Counted from the first letter of the stretch, positions 17,234 to 28,780 are shown. The stretch is 64,000 nt of DNA from Synechococcus sp. (GCA_047285805.1 JBJBCN010000002.1:800001-864000); one strand, 5' to 3'. Program-made: numbers and translations. The notes: a model not told the origin generated them from the letters alone.

Positions 17234-17800
17234 ATGTCCCGCACCTTGGCCCGGCTGCTGAAGCCCCTCGCAGCGCTGGCCCTCAGCCTGGTTCTGGTGC
17301 TTGGCCTAGCCGCACCCAGTCAGGCCGCCCGGGACACAAACAGCTACGACGGGAACATCTACGCGCTCTATGCCGGCAACGGCTCCCTGGTGCCGCCGCG
17401 TACCACGCTCTCCCAGGCCATGGATGAGCACCGGGCGATTGTCCTGGGCTTCTTCCTCGATGACAGCGCCGCGAGCAAGCAGTACGCGGTCGTCTTCAAC
17501 GAGCTGCAGCGCCTCTGGGGCCGGAGCGCCGAGCTGATCCTGCTGCAAACCGATCCGCTCCAAAACCGAGAGACCCATGGGCCCAGCGATCCGGCCAGCT
17601 ACTGGAGCGGCGTGATTCCCCAGGTGGTGGTAATCGACAACGACAGCAAGGTCGTTCTGGACGAAAGCGGCCCGGCGAGCATCGATACCATCAACGAGGC
17701 CCTCAGCCAAGTGACCGGCCTACGGCCCCAGGGTGATGTGAAGCTCAGCCTCAACCTCGAGGTGAACGAACTCAACAGCGAAATCGTTCCTGCCCCATGA
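17234..17800 (+). CDS. Thioredoxin-like thylakoid PSI accumulation factor family protein
   Basis: Signal peptide, then [24 protein letters not shown] motif ([20 protein letters not shown]), [11 protein letters not shown]. Confidence 0.75.
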   Translation: MSRTLARLLKPLAALALSLVLVLGLAAPSQAARDTNSYDGNIYALYAGNGSLVPPRTTLSQAMDEHRAIVLGFFLDDSAASKQYAVVFNELQRLWGRSAELILLQTDPLQNRETHGPSDPASYWSGVIPQVVVIDNDSKVVLDESGPASIDTINEALSQVTGLRPQGDVKLSLNLEVNELNSEIVPAP

Positions 17801-19173
17801 GTCAGCGCCAAGAGACCGATAGCTTCGGTGCCATCGATGTACCCGCCGAGCATTACTGGGGAGCTCAGACCCAGCGATCCATTGGCAACTTCCCCTTCGG
17901 CCAGCGGATGCCCCTGGCGATCGTGCATGCCTTCGGTCAACTGAAGGCCGCCTGCGCAGAAGCCAACCGGAATCTCGGCAAACTCGATGCCGGCCTCTGC
18001 GACGCCATCGTGGCCTCCGCCGAGCAGGTCGCCGCGGGTGAGCTGGACCAGGAGTTTCCGCTGAAGGTCTGGCAGACCGGCTCGGGCACCCAGAGCAACA
18101 TGAACGCCAATGAGGTGATCGCCAACAAGGCGATTGAGGCCCTCGGCGGCGAGCTGGGCAGCAAGAGCCCGGTGCACCCCAATGACCACGTCAACCTCAG
18201 CCAATCCAGCAACGACACCTTCCCAGCAGCGATGCACATCGCGGTGGTGATTGAGCTGGAGCAACGCCTGCTTCCGGCTGTCGAAAGCCTGGCCGCCGCG
18301 CTGCAGGCCAAGGCCACGGCCTACGCCGACTTGGTGAAGATCGGCCGGACGCACCTGCAGGATGCGGTGCCCCTGAGCCTGGGCCAGGAGTTCAGCGGCT
18401 ATGTGGCCCAGCTGCAAATAGCGATCGAAGCCATCCGCCAGAGCCTGCCGCGGGTGCGCGAGCTGGCCATTGGCGGTACCGCGGTGGGCACCGGACTGAA
18501 CGCCCCGAAGGGCTTTGGAGACTCCGTCGCCGCGCGACTGAGTGAGCGGCTGGGCACCGGCTTCAGCAGCGCCCCGAACAAGTTCCAAGCTCTAGCGGGC
18601 CATGAGGCGTTGGCTTCCGCCCATGGCGCCCTGACTGTGCTAGCGGGTTCGCTGATGAAGATCGCCAATGATATCCGTTGGCTCGGCAGCGGCCCGCGCT
18701 GCGGCCTTGGGGAGTTGGTCCTGCCGGAGAACGAACCGGGCTCCTCGATCATGCCGGGCAAGGTGAACCCCACCCAGTGCGAGAGCCTGATGATGGTGGC
18801 GGCCCAGGTGTTGGGCAACAACACCGCGGTTCAGATCGGCGCCAGCCAGGGGAACTTCGAGCTGAACGTCTTCAAGCCGCTCATCGCCCACAACATGCTG
18901 GAAAGCATCGAGCTCCTAGCCGGCGGCTGCAGCAGCTTCCGCGAACACTGCATCGAGGGCCTCAAGGCCAACGAGACGCGCATCGAGGGACTGCTGAACC
19001 AGAGCCTGATGCTCGTGACCGCCTTAACCCCCGCCATCGGCTACGACCGCGCCAGCGGCATCGCCAAACACGCCCACAAGCATGGTTTGAGCCTCAAGGA
19101 AGCCGCCCTGGTGCTCGGTGAAATCAGCGCCGAAGACTTCGACCAATGGGTGCGCCCGGAGGCGATGGTCTGA
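17797..19173 (+). CDS. fumC: Class II fumarate hydratase
   Basis: [40 protein letters not shown]. Confidence 0.97.
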   Translation: MSQRQETDSFGAIDVPAEHYWGAQTQRSIGNFPFGQRMPLAIVHAFGQLKAACAEANRNLGKLDAGLCDAIVASAEQVAAGELDQEFPLKVWQTGSGTQSNMNANEVIANKAIEALGGELGSKSPVHPNDHVNLSQSSNDTFPAAMHIAVVIELEQRLLPAVESLAAALQAKATAYADLVKIGRTHLQDAVPLSLGQEFSGYVAQLQIAIEAIRQSLPRVRELAIGGTAVGTGLNAPKGFGDSVAARLSERLGTGFSSAPNKFQALAGHEALASAHGALTVLAGSLMKIANDIRWLGSGPRCGLGELVLPENEPGSSIMPGKVNPTQCESLMMVAAQVLGNNTAVQIGASQGNFELNVFKPLIAHNMLESIELLAGGCSSFREHCIEGLKANETRIEGLLNQSLMLVTALTPAIGYDRASGIAKHAHKHGLSLKEAALVLGEISAEDFDQWVRPEAMV

Positions 19174-19176
19174 GGC

Positions 19177-20571
19177 TTAGAGCAAGTCCGCCGCCAGCTC
19201 TGCCAGTTCGCTGCGCTCACCCCGGATCAAGGTGATGTGGCCCGCCAGTGGCTGACCCTTGAAGCGCTCGACGAGCCATGTCAACCCGTTGCTCTCGGCG
19301 TCCACGTAGGGATTGTCGATCTGATACGGATCGCCCGTGAAGACTATCTTGGTGCCCTCTCCCACCCGGGTCACGATCGTCTTGACCTCATGGGGGGTGA
19401 GGTTTTGGGCCTCGTCCACCACCATGTATTGCCGCGGGATCGAGCGACCGCGGATATAGCTGATCGCCTCCACCTCCAGTAGGCCCATTCCCTTGAGGTC
19501 CGTCCAATTGCTGCGGGGCGCACGGTTTGCCCCCGCACGGTTCGCCGGACCCGAGCGCCCCTCCTCCTCCGGGCTGTTGCCCAAGAGGAAATCAAGGTTG
19601 TCGATAATCGGCTGCATCCAGGGACCCATCTTTTCCTCGAGGCTCCCCGGAAGAAAACCGATTTCTTTGCCCAAGGAGATCACCGGCCTGGTCACCAGCA
19701 GCCGCTCATAGAGCTGTTCATCAGCCACCTGGTGCAAGCCGGCCGCCAGGGCCAGCAGGGTTTTGCCTGTACCAGCCTTCCCCACCAAGGTCAGCAATTG
19801 AACCGAGGGGTCCAACAGCAGATCCAAGGCAAAGGTCTGCTCACGGTTACGGGCAGCGACCTTGCCCAGGCGGGCGCGAGTGCTGCGCTGCAACGGCACC
19901 AGCCGTTTCCCCTGAGAGTCGAACCGCGCCAGGAGCGTGTGGTTCGGCTGGGCCTCATCGACCAGGGTCACCCCCTCATTGGCTTGGAGCTCGGAAGCGG
20001 CCGCGGAGGGGAGCACCGCCAACGCTATGCCCCCGTCACTCTTGAGGCTATCCATCGCGGTGGCACTGGCCGTTAGCTCACTCACCCCGGCGTAGAGGTC
20101 CGCAATGTCGACCTTGTCTGTGGTGTAGTCCTGGGCCGTCAGACCGACAGCATCGGCCTTGATCCGCAGGTTGGTGTCCTTGGTGACCAGCACGACGGGG
20201 GGTTGATCGGCAATCAATCCAGAGCGGAGCTGCTCCAGCGCTACCGCCAGGATGTTGTTGTCTCCGCTCCCCCCCTTGAGCTCCGGCGGCAGCTGGGCCA
20301 GGGTCTCGCTGCGGCAGAAGACAACCTGCAGGGTGCCTCCACTGCTGTCATCGATCGGCACCCCATCCGCCAGGTTTCCCTTCTCCCGCAGGGCATCGAG
20401 CAGGCGAGAGATCTGACGCGCATTGCGGCCCTTCTCGGAGGGGTCCTTCTTGAAGCGATCAATCTCCTCGACAACCTCAATAGGGATCACCACCGCGTTG
20501 TCTTCAAAGCGGGTGAGCGCCTGAGGGTCATGCAGCAACACATTCGTATCGAGAACGAAGGTCTTACGCAT
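19177..20571 (-). CDS. PIN-PhoH (PhoH2/YlaK-like) protein
   Basis: N-terminal PIN motifs VLDTNVLLHDP and TKDTNLR; PhoH motifs GKAGTGKT, IRGRS, DEAQN, GDPYQID. Confidence 0.92.
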   Translation of the reverse strand: MRKTFVLDTNVLLHDPQALTRFEDNAVVIPIEVVEEIDRFKKDPSEKGRNARQISRLLDALREKGNLADGVPIDDSSGGTLQVVFCRSETLAQLPPELKGGSGDNNILAVALEQLRSGLIADQPPVVLVTKDTNLRIKADAVGLTAQDYTTDKVDIADLYAGVSELTASATAMDSLKSDGGIALAVLPSAAASELQANEGVTLVDEAQPNHTLLARFDSQGKRLVPLQRSTRARLGKVAARNREQTFALDLLLDPSVQLLTLVGKAGTGKTLLALAAGLHQVADEQLYERLLVTRPVISLGKEIGFLPGSLEEKMGPWMQPIIDNLDFLLGNSPEEEGRSGPANRAGANRAPRSNWTDLKGMGLLEVEAISYIRGRSIPRQYMVVDEAQNLTPHEVKTIVTRVGEGTKIVFTGDPYQIDNPYVDAESNGLTWLVERFKGQPLAGHITLIRGERSELAELAADLL

Positions 20572-20656
20572 AGGGGTTCACCACCGCGTTGTAGAAACGC
20601 TAAGCGGGTTTTTCGGCTGCACCACCTACGCTCCCGCAGAACGCAAAGCTCTGCCA

Positions 20657-21838
20657 TTGGCCGCCCTGTTTGCCGTCGTCTTGATCGCCGCCCTGGTCTT
20701 CGGCCTGGCGCTGCTCTGGCTGGAGCTTCGCCATCGGCTGCGGCCTGAGTCCCCCCTACGTCTCAGCAGCAGCGGCTGGAAGGTGCAGCGCAGCAGCGCC
20801 AACCAGTGGCAGGTCAAAGGAACCATCAGCATCAGCAACCCCCATCCGAGGATGGAGGTCTTCGTCCCTGAGATTGAACTCAAGCCGACCCTGCTTGGAC
20901 GCTCCGATCTCTCCAACGTCAACGTCCGCTGCAGCCTGACCCCGCAGCACTCCGATGAGGAGGCCCGCAGCGATGGCTACTGGTTCGCCTACATCGTTAA
21001 AGCACACAAGACCACCCAGGCCGAGGCGCTGATCACCCTGGAGTCAAACGACGGAAGCGAGCTACGCCAACAGCTCGACACCCTCTGGCTGGAGATCCTC
21101 TGGATCAACTACGGCCCCTTTGGTCGTCTACAGCAACGCGATGGGGTGCTCATTCCCCTGCGCCGTCCCTCCCCCGTCCAAAGCACAAACACCAACTGGC
21201 GCCAGGGCGATCGCTGCAGCGTGTTGCCCATCCGAACCCATCTGCTCGGAACCCTCGACGATCCCAGCGATGTGCTCCGCCACTTCGCCGGTGCGGTGCT
21301 CCAACCGGGTGATGTCCTGACCATCGGTGAGACCCCCCTGGCGGTGATGCAGGGCCGCTACAACCACCCGGCCAACCTCCAGCCCTCAAACCTGGCCCGG
21401 CTGCTCTGCCGCGTTTTCCATCCCACCAGCTCCCTGGCGACCGCCTGCGGCCTGCAGACCCTGATTGACAACGTCGGTCCCGCCCGGGTGCTCTGCGCTT
21501 GGCTCGCGGGCACCGCCCTCAAGCTGGTGGGCTCCAAGGGTTGGTTCTACCGACTGGCCGGCGAGCAGGCCCGCCTCATCGACGACGTCACCGGCACCAC
21601 GCCGCCCTACGACCAGACCATCGTCTTGGGACCGGTCAAGAGCAGCGAGGTCTGCCGGCAGCTCGCCGCCGAATTGGGTGTCGCCGTCGCGGTTGTCGAT
21701 GTCAACGACCTGGGCCGGGTGAAGGTGCTGGCTTCCAGCCCCGGATGCGATGAAACGCTTCTGGCGCGCGCCCTCAAGCCGAATCCCGCGGGCAACGCCA
21801 ACGAGCGCACCCCTTTGGTGCTTGTTCGCCCGAACTAG
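20657..21838 (+). CDS. F420-0:gamma-glutamyl ligase (CofE-like) family protein with N-terminal TM segment
   Basis: PIRTHLL, GETPLAVMQGR, IDDVTGTTPPYD, VVDVNDLG, NPAGNANERTP. Confidence 0.8.
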   Translation: MAALFAVVLIAALVFGLALLWLELRHRLRPESPLRLSSSGWKVQRSSANQWQVKGTISISNPHPRMEVFVPEIELKPTLLGRSDLSNVNVRCSLTPQHSDEEARSDGYWFAYIVKAHKTTQAEALITLESNDGSELRQQLDTLWLEILWINYGPFGRLQQRDGVLIPLRRPSPVQSTNTNWRQGDRCSVLPIRTHLLGTLDDPSDVLRHFAGAVLQPGDVLTIGETPLAVMQGRYNHPANLQPSNLARLLCRVFHPTSSLATACGLQTLIDNVGPARVLCAWLAGTALKLVGSKGWFYRLAGEQARLIDDVTGTTPPYDQTIVLGPVKSSEVCRQLAAELGVAVAVVDVNDLGRVKVLASSPGCDETLLARALKPNPAGNANERTPLVLVRPN

Positions 21839-21879
21839 CGATCGCCCATAACATTGATTTAGGCCCCCTCGGCGCCGCC

Positions 21880-22911
21880 GTGTCCTCAGCCGCTCAACCA
21901 ACTCTTCAGGTGAAGCCGCTGCGGGGATGGCAGCTGCCCTTTCTGCAGGATCCCTGCTTCACCGACCTCCGGCCCCTGCTGCAGCGCTGCCTGCTGCTGC
22001 AGGGGCCGGAGCGGCTTCTTCAACGCCTCGCCACCCGTCCGTCTTTGGCCTCGGAAACCTTCGTGGCCTTCCGGGACCCCCAGGCCCCGCTGGGGTTGGT
22101 GGTCAGTCAACGGCTCAACCGCAGTGGCAGCTGCTGGCAGATCCAACACCTGCGCAGCGGTGAGGCCAGCTTCGAAGCGGGGGAATCGGGTCGGATGGCC
22201 ATCGAGGCCGCCCTGGTGCGGGCCGCGATCCAGGGGAGCCCGAATGCCGCCAGTTGGATTGCCACCAGCCCCGGCACGGACAGCACTCGCCTTGGTCTAC
22301 TGCGGCAACAGGGCTTCCAACAGCTCCGCCACGAAACCCTCTGGCGCTGGGAACCGCCCCAACAGCCCCTCGATCGGAATCTGCCTGCGGACCTGGAACT
22401 GCTGCCGCTGAATCGCCGAACAGCCCTGGCGATGTGGCAGCTCGAGCAGGCCGCCCTGCCGGCCCAACTGCGGCAGCTGCTCGACCGGCGCGTTGACGAC
22501 CTCTTGGATCAAAGCGAGCAGCCCAGCTTGATGTTGCTGGACACCAACCGCCAACAGGCCGTGGCGGGGGTGCGGCGTCTGCGGCCCGGACACCGCGAGA
22601 TCCCCGAACTGGAGCTCAGTCTCGACCCCGGCTGGCAGCACCTGCTTGGACAGCCCCTCCACATGCTCCTCGAGCAATGCGCCAGCGGTCTTGGGGAGGT
22701 GCTAATCCGCAGTGATGTCCACCTACACGAGCACAACCAATGGCTGCAAAGCCTGGGCATGGCCCCTGAGGGCGAAGAGGTGGTGATGGCCCGCAGTGTC
22801 TGGCGCCGCCATGCGCCCCAGACCAGCCAGGTGGTCAGCCGCAAGCTCGAAGCCGTCCTCGGGCAGCTGCAACCCGGGCAAAAGCCCATTCCAACCCCAC
22901 TTGGGCGCTAG
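21880..22911 (+). CDS. Conserved hypothetical protein, GNAT-like
   Basis: Long ORF in a conserved cluster; LLRQQGFQ, MARSVWRR. Confidence 0.65.
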   Translation: MSSAAQPTLQVKPLRGWQLPFLQDPCFTDLRPLLQRCLLLQGPERLLQRLATRPSLASETFVAFRDPQAPLGLVVSQRLNRSGSCWQIQHLRSGEASFEAGESGRMAIEAALVRAAIQGSPNAASWIATSPGTDSTRLGLLRQQGFQQLRHETLWRWEPPQQPLDRNLPADLELLPLNRRTALAMWQLEQAALPAQLRQLLDRRVDDLLDQSEQPSLMLLDTNRQQAVAGVRRLRPGHREIPELELSLDPGWQHLLGQPLHMLLEQCASGLGEVLIRSDVHLHEHNQWLQSLGMAPEGEEVVMARSVWRRHAPQTSQVVSRKLEAVLGQLQPGQKPIPTPLGR

Positions 22912-23390
22912 TGGCGGCGCCCGCTCCTCGATCGGTCCTCTCGCTGGATGTGGGCCGCAAACGCATCGGCCTCGCCGGCTGTGATGCCTTGGGCCTCACC
23001 GTCAAAGCACTGCCCGCCCTCCACCGCGGCCGCTATCTGGTCGATCTGGAGTGGCTGAAGAAGCTCGTGCACGAGCGCCGGATTGTGGCGCTCGTGGTGG
23101 GTCTCCCCCTCGATGCCCAGCAACAGCCCACCGCCCAAGCCGAGCACTGCCGGCGTTATGGCGAGCGTCTTGCCAGGGATCTGGATCTCCCGCTGGCCTT
23201 CGTAAATGAGTACGCCACCAGCTGGGATGCCGCCGAGCGCCTTGGCCTGCGCGGTGATCGCAGCGGAGCCCTCGACAGCGCCGCTGCCGCGCTGCTCTTG
23301 GAACAGTGGCTCCAGGAAGGACCCGAACCGGCAGCGGTCAGCAAGGCGACCCTGTCACTTGGCCGCGGGCCCGATGTCCAGGCATTCTGA
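22911..23390 (+). CDS. ruvX: YqgF/RuvX family nuclease
   Basis: LSLDVGRKRIGLA, VVGLP, VNEYATS, DSAAAALLLEQW. Confidence 0.93.
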   Translation: MAAPAPRSVLSLDVGRKRIGLAGCDALGLTVKALPALHRGRYLVDLEWLKKLVHERRIVALVVGLPLDAQQQPTAQAEHCRRYGERLARDLDLPLAFVNEYATSWDAAERLGLRGDRSGALDSAAAALLLEQWLQEGPEPAAVSKATLSLGRGPDVQAF

Positions 23391-23410
23391 GTACATCTCC
23401 CCCTCGCGCC

Positions 23411-23980
23411 ATGAGCACTGACGGCCCCAGCATCAACGGTACCGGTGATGTCCCCACCGTGCTGGTGCGGGACCAGAGCGGGCGCCAACTGCTCTGCTTC
23501 CTTGAGCAACTCATACCCCTCGAGGGCAAGGACTACGCCCTGCTGACCCCTGTCGACACCCCGGTCTGCCTCGTGCAGATCGCCGAGAACGAGAACGGCG
23601 ATGACGAGGTCATCGAAGAGCTGAGTAATGCCGAGCCGATTCTCTCGATAGCGGATATCGTCCTGCAAGAGCACGACCTGACCCTGGTTCGCTCCGCCGT
23701 GACCCTCACCGTTAGCGGTGATCTGGAAGAGCCCAACCCCGAGGAGTACGACGACGACGAGCTGGATGGGGACGATGAGGACGAGACCGACCTCTACGAA
23801 ATGCTGATCCAGTTCCGTGCTGAGGACAAGGAGTACGGCCTCTTCATCCCACTGGATCCCTTCTTTGTGGTCGCCCGCATGGAGAACGGCGAGGGCGTCC
23901 TGGTGGAAGGCGAGGAGTTCGAGCGCGTCCAGCCCCTGATCGAGGCGGAACTCGATGAGCGGGAGCTCGGTAGCGACTGA
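23411..23980 (+). CDS. DUF3727 domain protein
   Basis: Acidic; YALLTPVDTPV, RSAVTLTVSG, IPLDPFFVVA. Confidence 0.8.
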   Translation: MSTDGPSINGTGDVPTVLVRDQSGRQLLCFLEQLIPLEGKDYALLTPVDTPVCLVQIAENENGDDEVIEELSNAEPILSIADIVLQEHDLTLVRSAVTLTVSGDLEEPNPEEYDDDELDGDDEDETDLYEMLIQFRAEDKEYGLFIPLDPFFVVARMENGEGVLVEGEEFERVQPLIEAELDERELGSD

Positions 23981-23984
23981 TTCA

Positions 23985-24506
23985 GTGAACCGTCGCTCCG
24001 TCTCGGATCTGCTGCAACCCAACCTGGTGGCCGCCGGCACCCTGGTGGATCTTCCCCTGCATGGCCTGCTGGCCCAGGGGATCAGTGCTCTCGTCCTCGA
24101 TGTCGACAGGACCCTGCTGCCCCACCGGGGCTCCACCCTGCCGGAGCCGATGGAAGCCTGGCTGAAGCGTGCCCAGGCGGCCATGCCCCTGCACCTCTTC
24201 AGCAACAACCCCTCCCGATCCCGCATTGGCGGTGTCGCCGAACATTTAGGCGTGAACTTCACCACCAGTGCCGGCAAGCCGCGCCGCTCTCCCCTGCTGC
24301 GGGTGCTGCAGCAACTCGATCTTCCCGCCGCCCAAGTGGCGATGGTGGGGGACCGGATCTTTACCGACGTGCTGGCGGGGAACCGCCTGGGGATGTACAC
24401 CGTGCTGGTGAAACCTATCGACCCCAGGGGGCAACCCTGCCGCCATGACCACTGGCAGCGCTTTGAGGTGAAGCTGGCCCAGCTCGCCGGAGCGGACCTT
24501 CCCTAA
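23985..24506 (+). CDS. YqeG family HAD IIIA phosphatase
   Basis: VLDVDRTL, SNN, AGKP, MVGDRIFTDVLAGNRLG. Confidence 0.9.
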   Translation: MNRRSVSDLLQPNLVAAGTLVDLPLHGLLAQGISALVLDVDRTLLPHRGSTLPEPMEAWLKRAQAAMPLHLFSNNPSRSRIGGVAEHLGVNFTTSAGKPRRSPLLRVLQQLDLPAAQVAMVGDRIFTDVLAGNRLGMYTVLVKPIDPRGQPCRHDHWQRFEVKLAQLAGADLP

Positions 24507-24508
24507 CG

Positions 24509-25582
24509 ATGGCAACGCGCCGAGTCATCAAGGTCGGCACCAGCGTTCTGCGGGGCAGCTGTGCCCGGGGGACCGAAGCGGTAATAGCTGATCTGGCCTC
24601 TATCCTCTGCGGCCTCTGGCGGCGGGAGGAGTCGGTTGTGCTCGTGACCAGTGGCGCCGTCGGTCTCGGCTGCAATGCCCTCCAACTGGGGGAGCGGCCC
24701 ACGGAGCTCGAAGCATTGCAGGCTTCAGCCGCCGTCGGGCAGGGCCGGCTGATGACGCTCTATGACCAGGCCTTTGCCGCCCACGGCCGTTGTGTCGCCC
24801 AGGTGCTCCTTACCCGCGCCGATCTGGCCTCGCGGCGCCGCTACCAAAACGCCTGCCGCACCCTCGAGCAGTTGCTCAGCTGGGGGGTGACGCCCGTGAT
24901 TAACGAAAACGACACCCTGGCGACCGATGAGCTGCGCTTTGGCGATAACGACACCCTTTCAGCGCTGGCCGCGGTGGCGATTCAGGCCGATGAGCTGGTG
25001 TTGCTGACCGACATCGACAGCCTCTACTCGGGGGATCCCCGCAGTGATGCCGATGCCAAACCGATCCCCGAGGTCCATTCCGTCGCCGAGATCGAAGCCC
25101 TGGCGGGCGTGGCCAAGGGCGGCGGCCGCTGGGGAACCGGCGGGATGACCACCAAGCTCTCTGCGGCGCGCATCGCGACTGCCAGCGGCATTCAGGTGCG
25201 CCTGGCCGACGGCCGCGACCCCGCAGTGCTGGAGGGCCTCCTGGCGGGTGAGCAGCATGGAACCCTCTTCCGCCCCAGTAAGACCCCCCTAAGTAGCCGC
25301 AAGGGTTGGCTCGCCCATGCCCTGCTGCCCAAGGGCAGCATCACGGTGGATGCCGGCGCCGAACAGGCGCTGCTGGAGCAGGGAGCCTCGCTCCTGGCCG
25401 TGGGGATCTGCAGCGTGGAGGGATCCTTTGGCCGCCGGGAAGCCGTCCGGGTGATCAGCGAGGACGGCCGGGAACTGGCCCGAGGCCTCAGCGCCCTGGC
25501 CAGCGACGAGTTGGAGGGGAACGCGGGTCATCGCGGTGTGGTCATTCATCGGGATCACCTGGTCGTCATCGCGGCCAGCTGA
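24509..25582 (+). CDS. proB: Glutamate 5-kinase
   Basis: [39 protein letters not shown] domain. Confidence 0.96.
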   Translation: MATRRVIKVGTSVLRGSCARGTEAVIADLASILCGLWRREESVVLVTSGAVGLGCNALQLGERPTELEALQASAAVGQGRLMTLYDQAFAAHGRCVAQVLLTRADLASRRRYQNACRTLEQLLSWGVTPVINENDTLATDELRFGDNDTLSALAAVAIQADELVLLTDIDSLYSGDPRSDADAKPIPEVHSVAEIEALAGVAKGGGRWGTGGMTTKLSAARIATASGIQVRLADGRDPAVLEGLLAGEQHGTLFRPSKTPLSSRKGWLAHALLPKGSITVDAGAEQALLEQGASLLAVGICSVEGSFGRREAVRVISEDGRELARGLSALASDELEGNAGHRGVVIHRDHLVVIAAS

Positions 25583-25629
25583 GACCTGCGGAATCGGCCT
25601 ACGATCCGCTGGATATCCTCCTGCCGCCA

Positions 25630-26697
25630 ATGCGCTTCAGCCAACTGCTCAGCCAACTGAGCGAGGTGAAGACCGCAGGTGGGATCGAGTCCCTTCAGCA
25701 CCACCTCGGGGAGGATCCAGTTCTAGAAGCAGCGGCGGCCCTCGATCAAGCCCACAGCGGGCAGGTCAGTTTCCTGGAGGCCGGCAACGCCCTGGCGGCT
25801 GCCCTCAATGCCAGTGGCGCCAGCGCTGTCCTGCTGCCGGCCAAGGGCAACGAATGCGAGGCCGCCCAAGCGGAGGCCACCGCCAAGGGAATGGCCTGGA
25901 TCGCCCTGGCTGATCCGCGCCTGGGTTTTGCCGAAACCCTCGATGCCCTCTACCCCCGGAAGATTAAGGCTCCCGGCATTCACCCCAGCGCCGTCATTGC
26001 CCCGGAGGCCGTAGTGGGAATGGGCAGCCACGTGGGCGCCCATGTCGTTATCGGCGGCGACGTGCAGATCGGCGCCTCCTGCACGATTCACCCGAACGTC
26101 GTCATCTACGACGACGTGCAGATTGGCGATGGCTGTGAACTCCACGCCGGTGCCGTGCTGCACCCCGGCTCCCGCCTCGGCCAGGGCTGTGTGGTCCACT
26201 CCAATGCCGTCGTCGGCAGTGAAGGCTTCGGCTTTGTTCCCACCGCGAGCGGCTGGCGCAAGATGCCGCAGACCGGCCTGGTAGTGATTGAGGATGGTGT
26301 TGAAGTGGGCTGCGGCAGCACCATCGACCGCCCCTCCGTCGGCGAGACCCGGATCGGAGCCGGCTGCAAGATTGACAACATGGTCCACATCGGCCACGGC
26401 GTGACAACCGGCAAGGGTTGTGCCCTGGCCGCCCAGGTCGGCATCGCCGGTGGAGCCCGGCTCGGTAACGGTGTGATCCTGGCCGGCCAGGTGGGCCTGG
26501 CCAACAAGGCCGTCATGGGCGATCGCTCCATCGCCTCCTCCAAATCGGGAGTCCACGGAGAGGTAGCCGCCGGCGAGGTCGTCAGTGGCTATCCCGCCAT
26601 CCCGAACCGCCTCTGGCTGCGCTGTTCGGCGGCCTTCAACAAACTTCCCGAGCTGGGCAAGGCGCTGCGCCAGCTAGAGAAACAAGTCAAGCCGTAG
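25630..26697 (+). CDS. lpxD: UDP-3-O-acyl-glucosamine N-acyltransferase
   Basis: Hexapeptide repeats, [21 protein letters not shown]; start ATG 25630. Confidence 0.95.
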   Translation: MRFSQLLSQLSEVKTAGGIESLQHHLGEDPVLEAAAALDQAHSGQVSFLEAGNALAAALNASGASAVLLPAKGNECEAAQAEATAKGMAWIALADPRLGFAETLDALYPRKIKAPGIHPSAVIAPEAVVGMGSHVGAHVVIGGDVQIGASCTIHPNVVIYDDVQIGDGCELHAGAVLHPGSRLGQGCVVHSNAVVGSEGFGFVPTASGWRKMPQTGLVVIEDGVEVGCGSTIDRPSVGETRIGAGCKIDNMVHIGHGVTTGKGCALAAQVGIAGGARLGNGVILAGQVGLANKAVMGDRSIASSKSGVHGEVAAGEVVSGYPAIPNRLWLRCSAAFNKLPELGKALRQLEKQVKP

Positions 26698-26724
26698 CCT
26701 CCCCGGAAGCCCAGGCGGACGTCG

Positions 26725-27807
26725 ATGACCAGATTCCTGATCACCCTGCTCCCCGGTGACGGGATCGGTCCTGAGATCACGGCGGTGGCCCGCCAGATGC
26801 TGGATGCGGTGAGCCGCATCCATGGCTTCGAGCTGATCTACAACGAGCAGCCCATGGGGGGCTGCGCCATCGACGCCACCGGCGAACCCCTTCCCGCCAG
26901 CACCCTCGATGCCTGCAAGGCCGCCAACGCGGTTCTGCTAGCCGCGATCGGCTCTCCCCAATACGACAGCCTTCCCCGAGAGAAGCGTCCCGAGACCGGC
27001 CTGCTGGGCCTGCGTTCCGGCATGGGGCTCTTCGCGAATCTGCGCCCGGTGAAAATCATCCCGGCCCTGATCGATGCCTCGACCCTGAAGCGCGAGGTCA
27101 TCGAAGGGGTCGACCTGATGGTGGTCCGCGAACTGACCGGTGGCGTCTACTTCGGCACGCCCAAGGGCCGCGTTGAGGCCGAGGGCCGGGTGCGCGGGTT
27201 CAACACAATGGCCTACTTCGACAATGAAATCGATCGGATCGCAAAGGTGGGCTTTGACATCGCCCAACAGCGCAGCGGCCGCCTCTGCAGCGTCGACAAG
27301 GCCAACGTCCTCGACGTGAGCCAGCTCTGGCGCGATCGCGTTGAGGCTCTGCACGCCAGCAGCTATGCGGGCGTGGAACTCAGCCACATTTACGTGGACA
27401 ACGCCGCGATGCAGCTGGTGCGCAATCCCCGCCAGTTCGACGTGCTGCTGACCAGCAACCTCTTCGGGGACATCCTCAGCGATGAGGCCGCGATGCTCAG
27501 CGGCTCCATTGGCATGCTGCCGTCTGCCTCCCTGGGCGAAAGCGGTCCAGGCCTGTTCGAGCCCATCCACGGCTCCGCCCCCGACATCGCCCGCCAGGAC
27601 AAAGCCAATCCGATGGCAATGGTCCTTAGCGCCGCGATGATGCTGCGGGTCGGCCTCAAGCAGGACGCTGCCGCCGCAGCCCTCGAGCAGGCCGTCGACC
27701 GGGTGCTTGCCCAGGGGTATCGCACCGGCGATCTGATGGCCGACGGCTGCACCCAACTGGGTTGCAAGGCCATGGGCGATCAACTGCTGGCAGCCCTCGA
27801 GGGCTGA
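26725..27807 (+). CDS. leuB: 3-isopropylmalate dehydrogenase
   Basis: LPGDGIGPE, FANLRP, RELTGGVYFG, DKANV, NLFGDILSD, EPIHGSAPDIA. Confidence 0.97.
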   Translation: MTRFLITLLPGDGIGPEITAVARQMLDAVSRIHGFELIYNEQPMGGCAIDATGEPLPASTLDACKAANAVLLAAIGSPQYDSLPREKRPETGLLGLRSGMGLFANLRPVKIIPALIDASTLKREVIEGVDLMVVRELTGGVYFGTPKGRVEAEGRVRGFNTMAYFDNEIDRIAKVGFDIAQQRSGRLCSVDKANVLDVSQLWRDRVEALHASSYAGVELSHIYVDNAAMQLVRNPRQFDVLLTSNLFGDILSDEAAMLSGSIGMLPSASLGESGPGLFEPIHGSAPDIARQDKANPMAMVLSAAMMLRVGLKQDAAAAALEQAVDRVLAQGYRTGDLMADGCTQLGCKAMGDQLLAALEG

Positions 27808-27877
27808 TCGGGCACTCATTGGCGTGATCGGCCCCGCGACCTGCCAAACTCGCCGACAGTTCCACTGATCCCTGCGC

Positions 27878-28780
27878 ATGTCGAAGCGTCACCCGGTTGT
27901 GGCTGTCACCGGTTCCTCCGGCGCAGGCACCAGCACCGTGAAGCGTGCCTTTGAGCACATCTTCAAGCGCGAGGGCATCACCCCTGCAGTTGTGGAGGGC
28001 GACAGCTACCACCGCTACGAGCGTGCCGCCATGAAGGAAGCCATGGCCGGCGCCCTGGCCAAAGGCGAGAACTTCTCCCACTTCGGCCCTGAGGCCAACC
28101 TCTTCGACAAGCTCGAAGAACTCTTCCGCAGCTACGGCGAATCCGGTGGTGGTCAGAAGCGCTACTACCTCCACTCCGTCGAAGAGGCCGCTGACCACAA
28201 CGCCCGCCTCGGCACCAACCTCGAGCCCGGTCAGTTCACCCCCTGGGAGAACATCCCCGCCGGCACCGACCTGCTCTTCTATGAAGGCCTGCACGGCGGC
28301 GTGAAGGGTGAGGGCTACGACGTGGCCGGCCTGGCCGATCTGCTGGTTGGCGTGGTACCCATCGTCAACCTGGAGTGGATCCAGAAGATCTCGCGCGACA
28401 ACGCTGAGCGCGGCTATCCCGCCGAGGCCACCGTTGACACGATCCTGCGCCGGATGCCGGATTACATCAACCACATCTGCCCGCAGTTCAGCCAGACCGA
28501 CATCAACTTCCAGCGTGTCCCCACCGTGGACACCTCGAACCCCTTCATGATCCGGAACATCCCCACCCCGGATGAATCCTTCGTGATCATTCACTTCCGC
28601 AAGGGTGCTCGCGAGAAGTGGGGGATCGACTTCACCTACCTTCTCGACATGATCCACGATTCGTTCATGTCCAGCCCCACCTCGATCGTGGTGAACGGCG
28701 GCAAGATGGGCTTCGCGATGGAGCTGATCTTGACTCCGATCATTCACCGCATGATCGAAGAGAAAAAGAAGCTGGCCTGA
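27878..28780 (+). CDS. prk: Phosphoribulokinase (proteobacterial type)
   Basis: AVTGSSGAGTST, EGDSYH, FYEGLHG, INFQRVPTVDTSNPF. Confidence 0.96.
   Translation: MSKRHPVVAVTGSSGAGTSTVKRAFEHIFKREGITPAVVEGDSYHRYERAAMKEAMAGALAKGENFSHFGPEANLFDKLEELFRSYGESGGGQKRYYLHSVEEAADHNARLGTNLEPGQFTPWENIPAGTDLLFYEGLHGGVKGEGYDVAGLADLLVGVVPIVNLEWIQKISRDNAERGYPAEATVDTILRRMPDYINHICPQFSQTDINFQRVPTVDTSNPFMIRNIPTPDESFVIIHFRKGAREKWGIDFTYLLDMIHDSFMSSPTSIVVNGGKMGFAMELILTPIIHRMIEEKKKLA

Noticed and set aside
25306..25629. Long N-terminal extension of lpxD in the ORF track
   Set aside because: It overlaps proB in another frame; LpxD-like sequence begins at ATG 25630.
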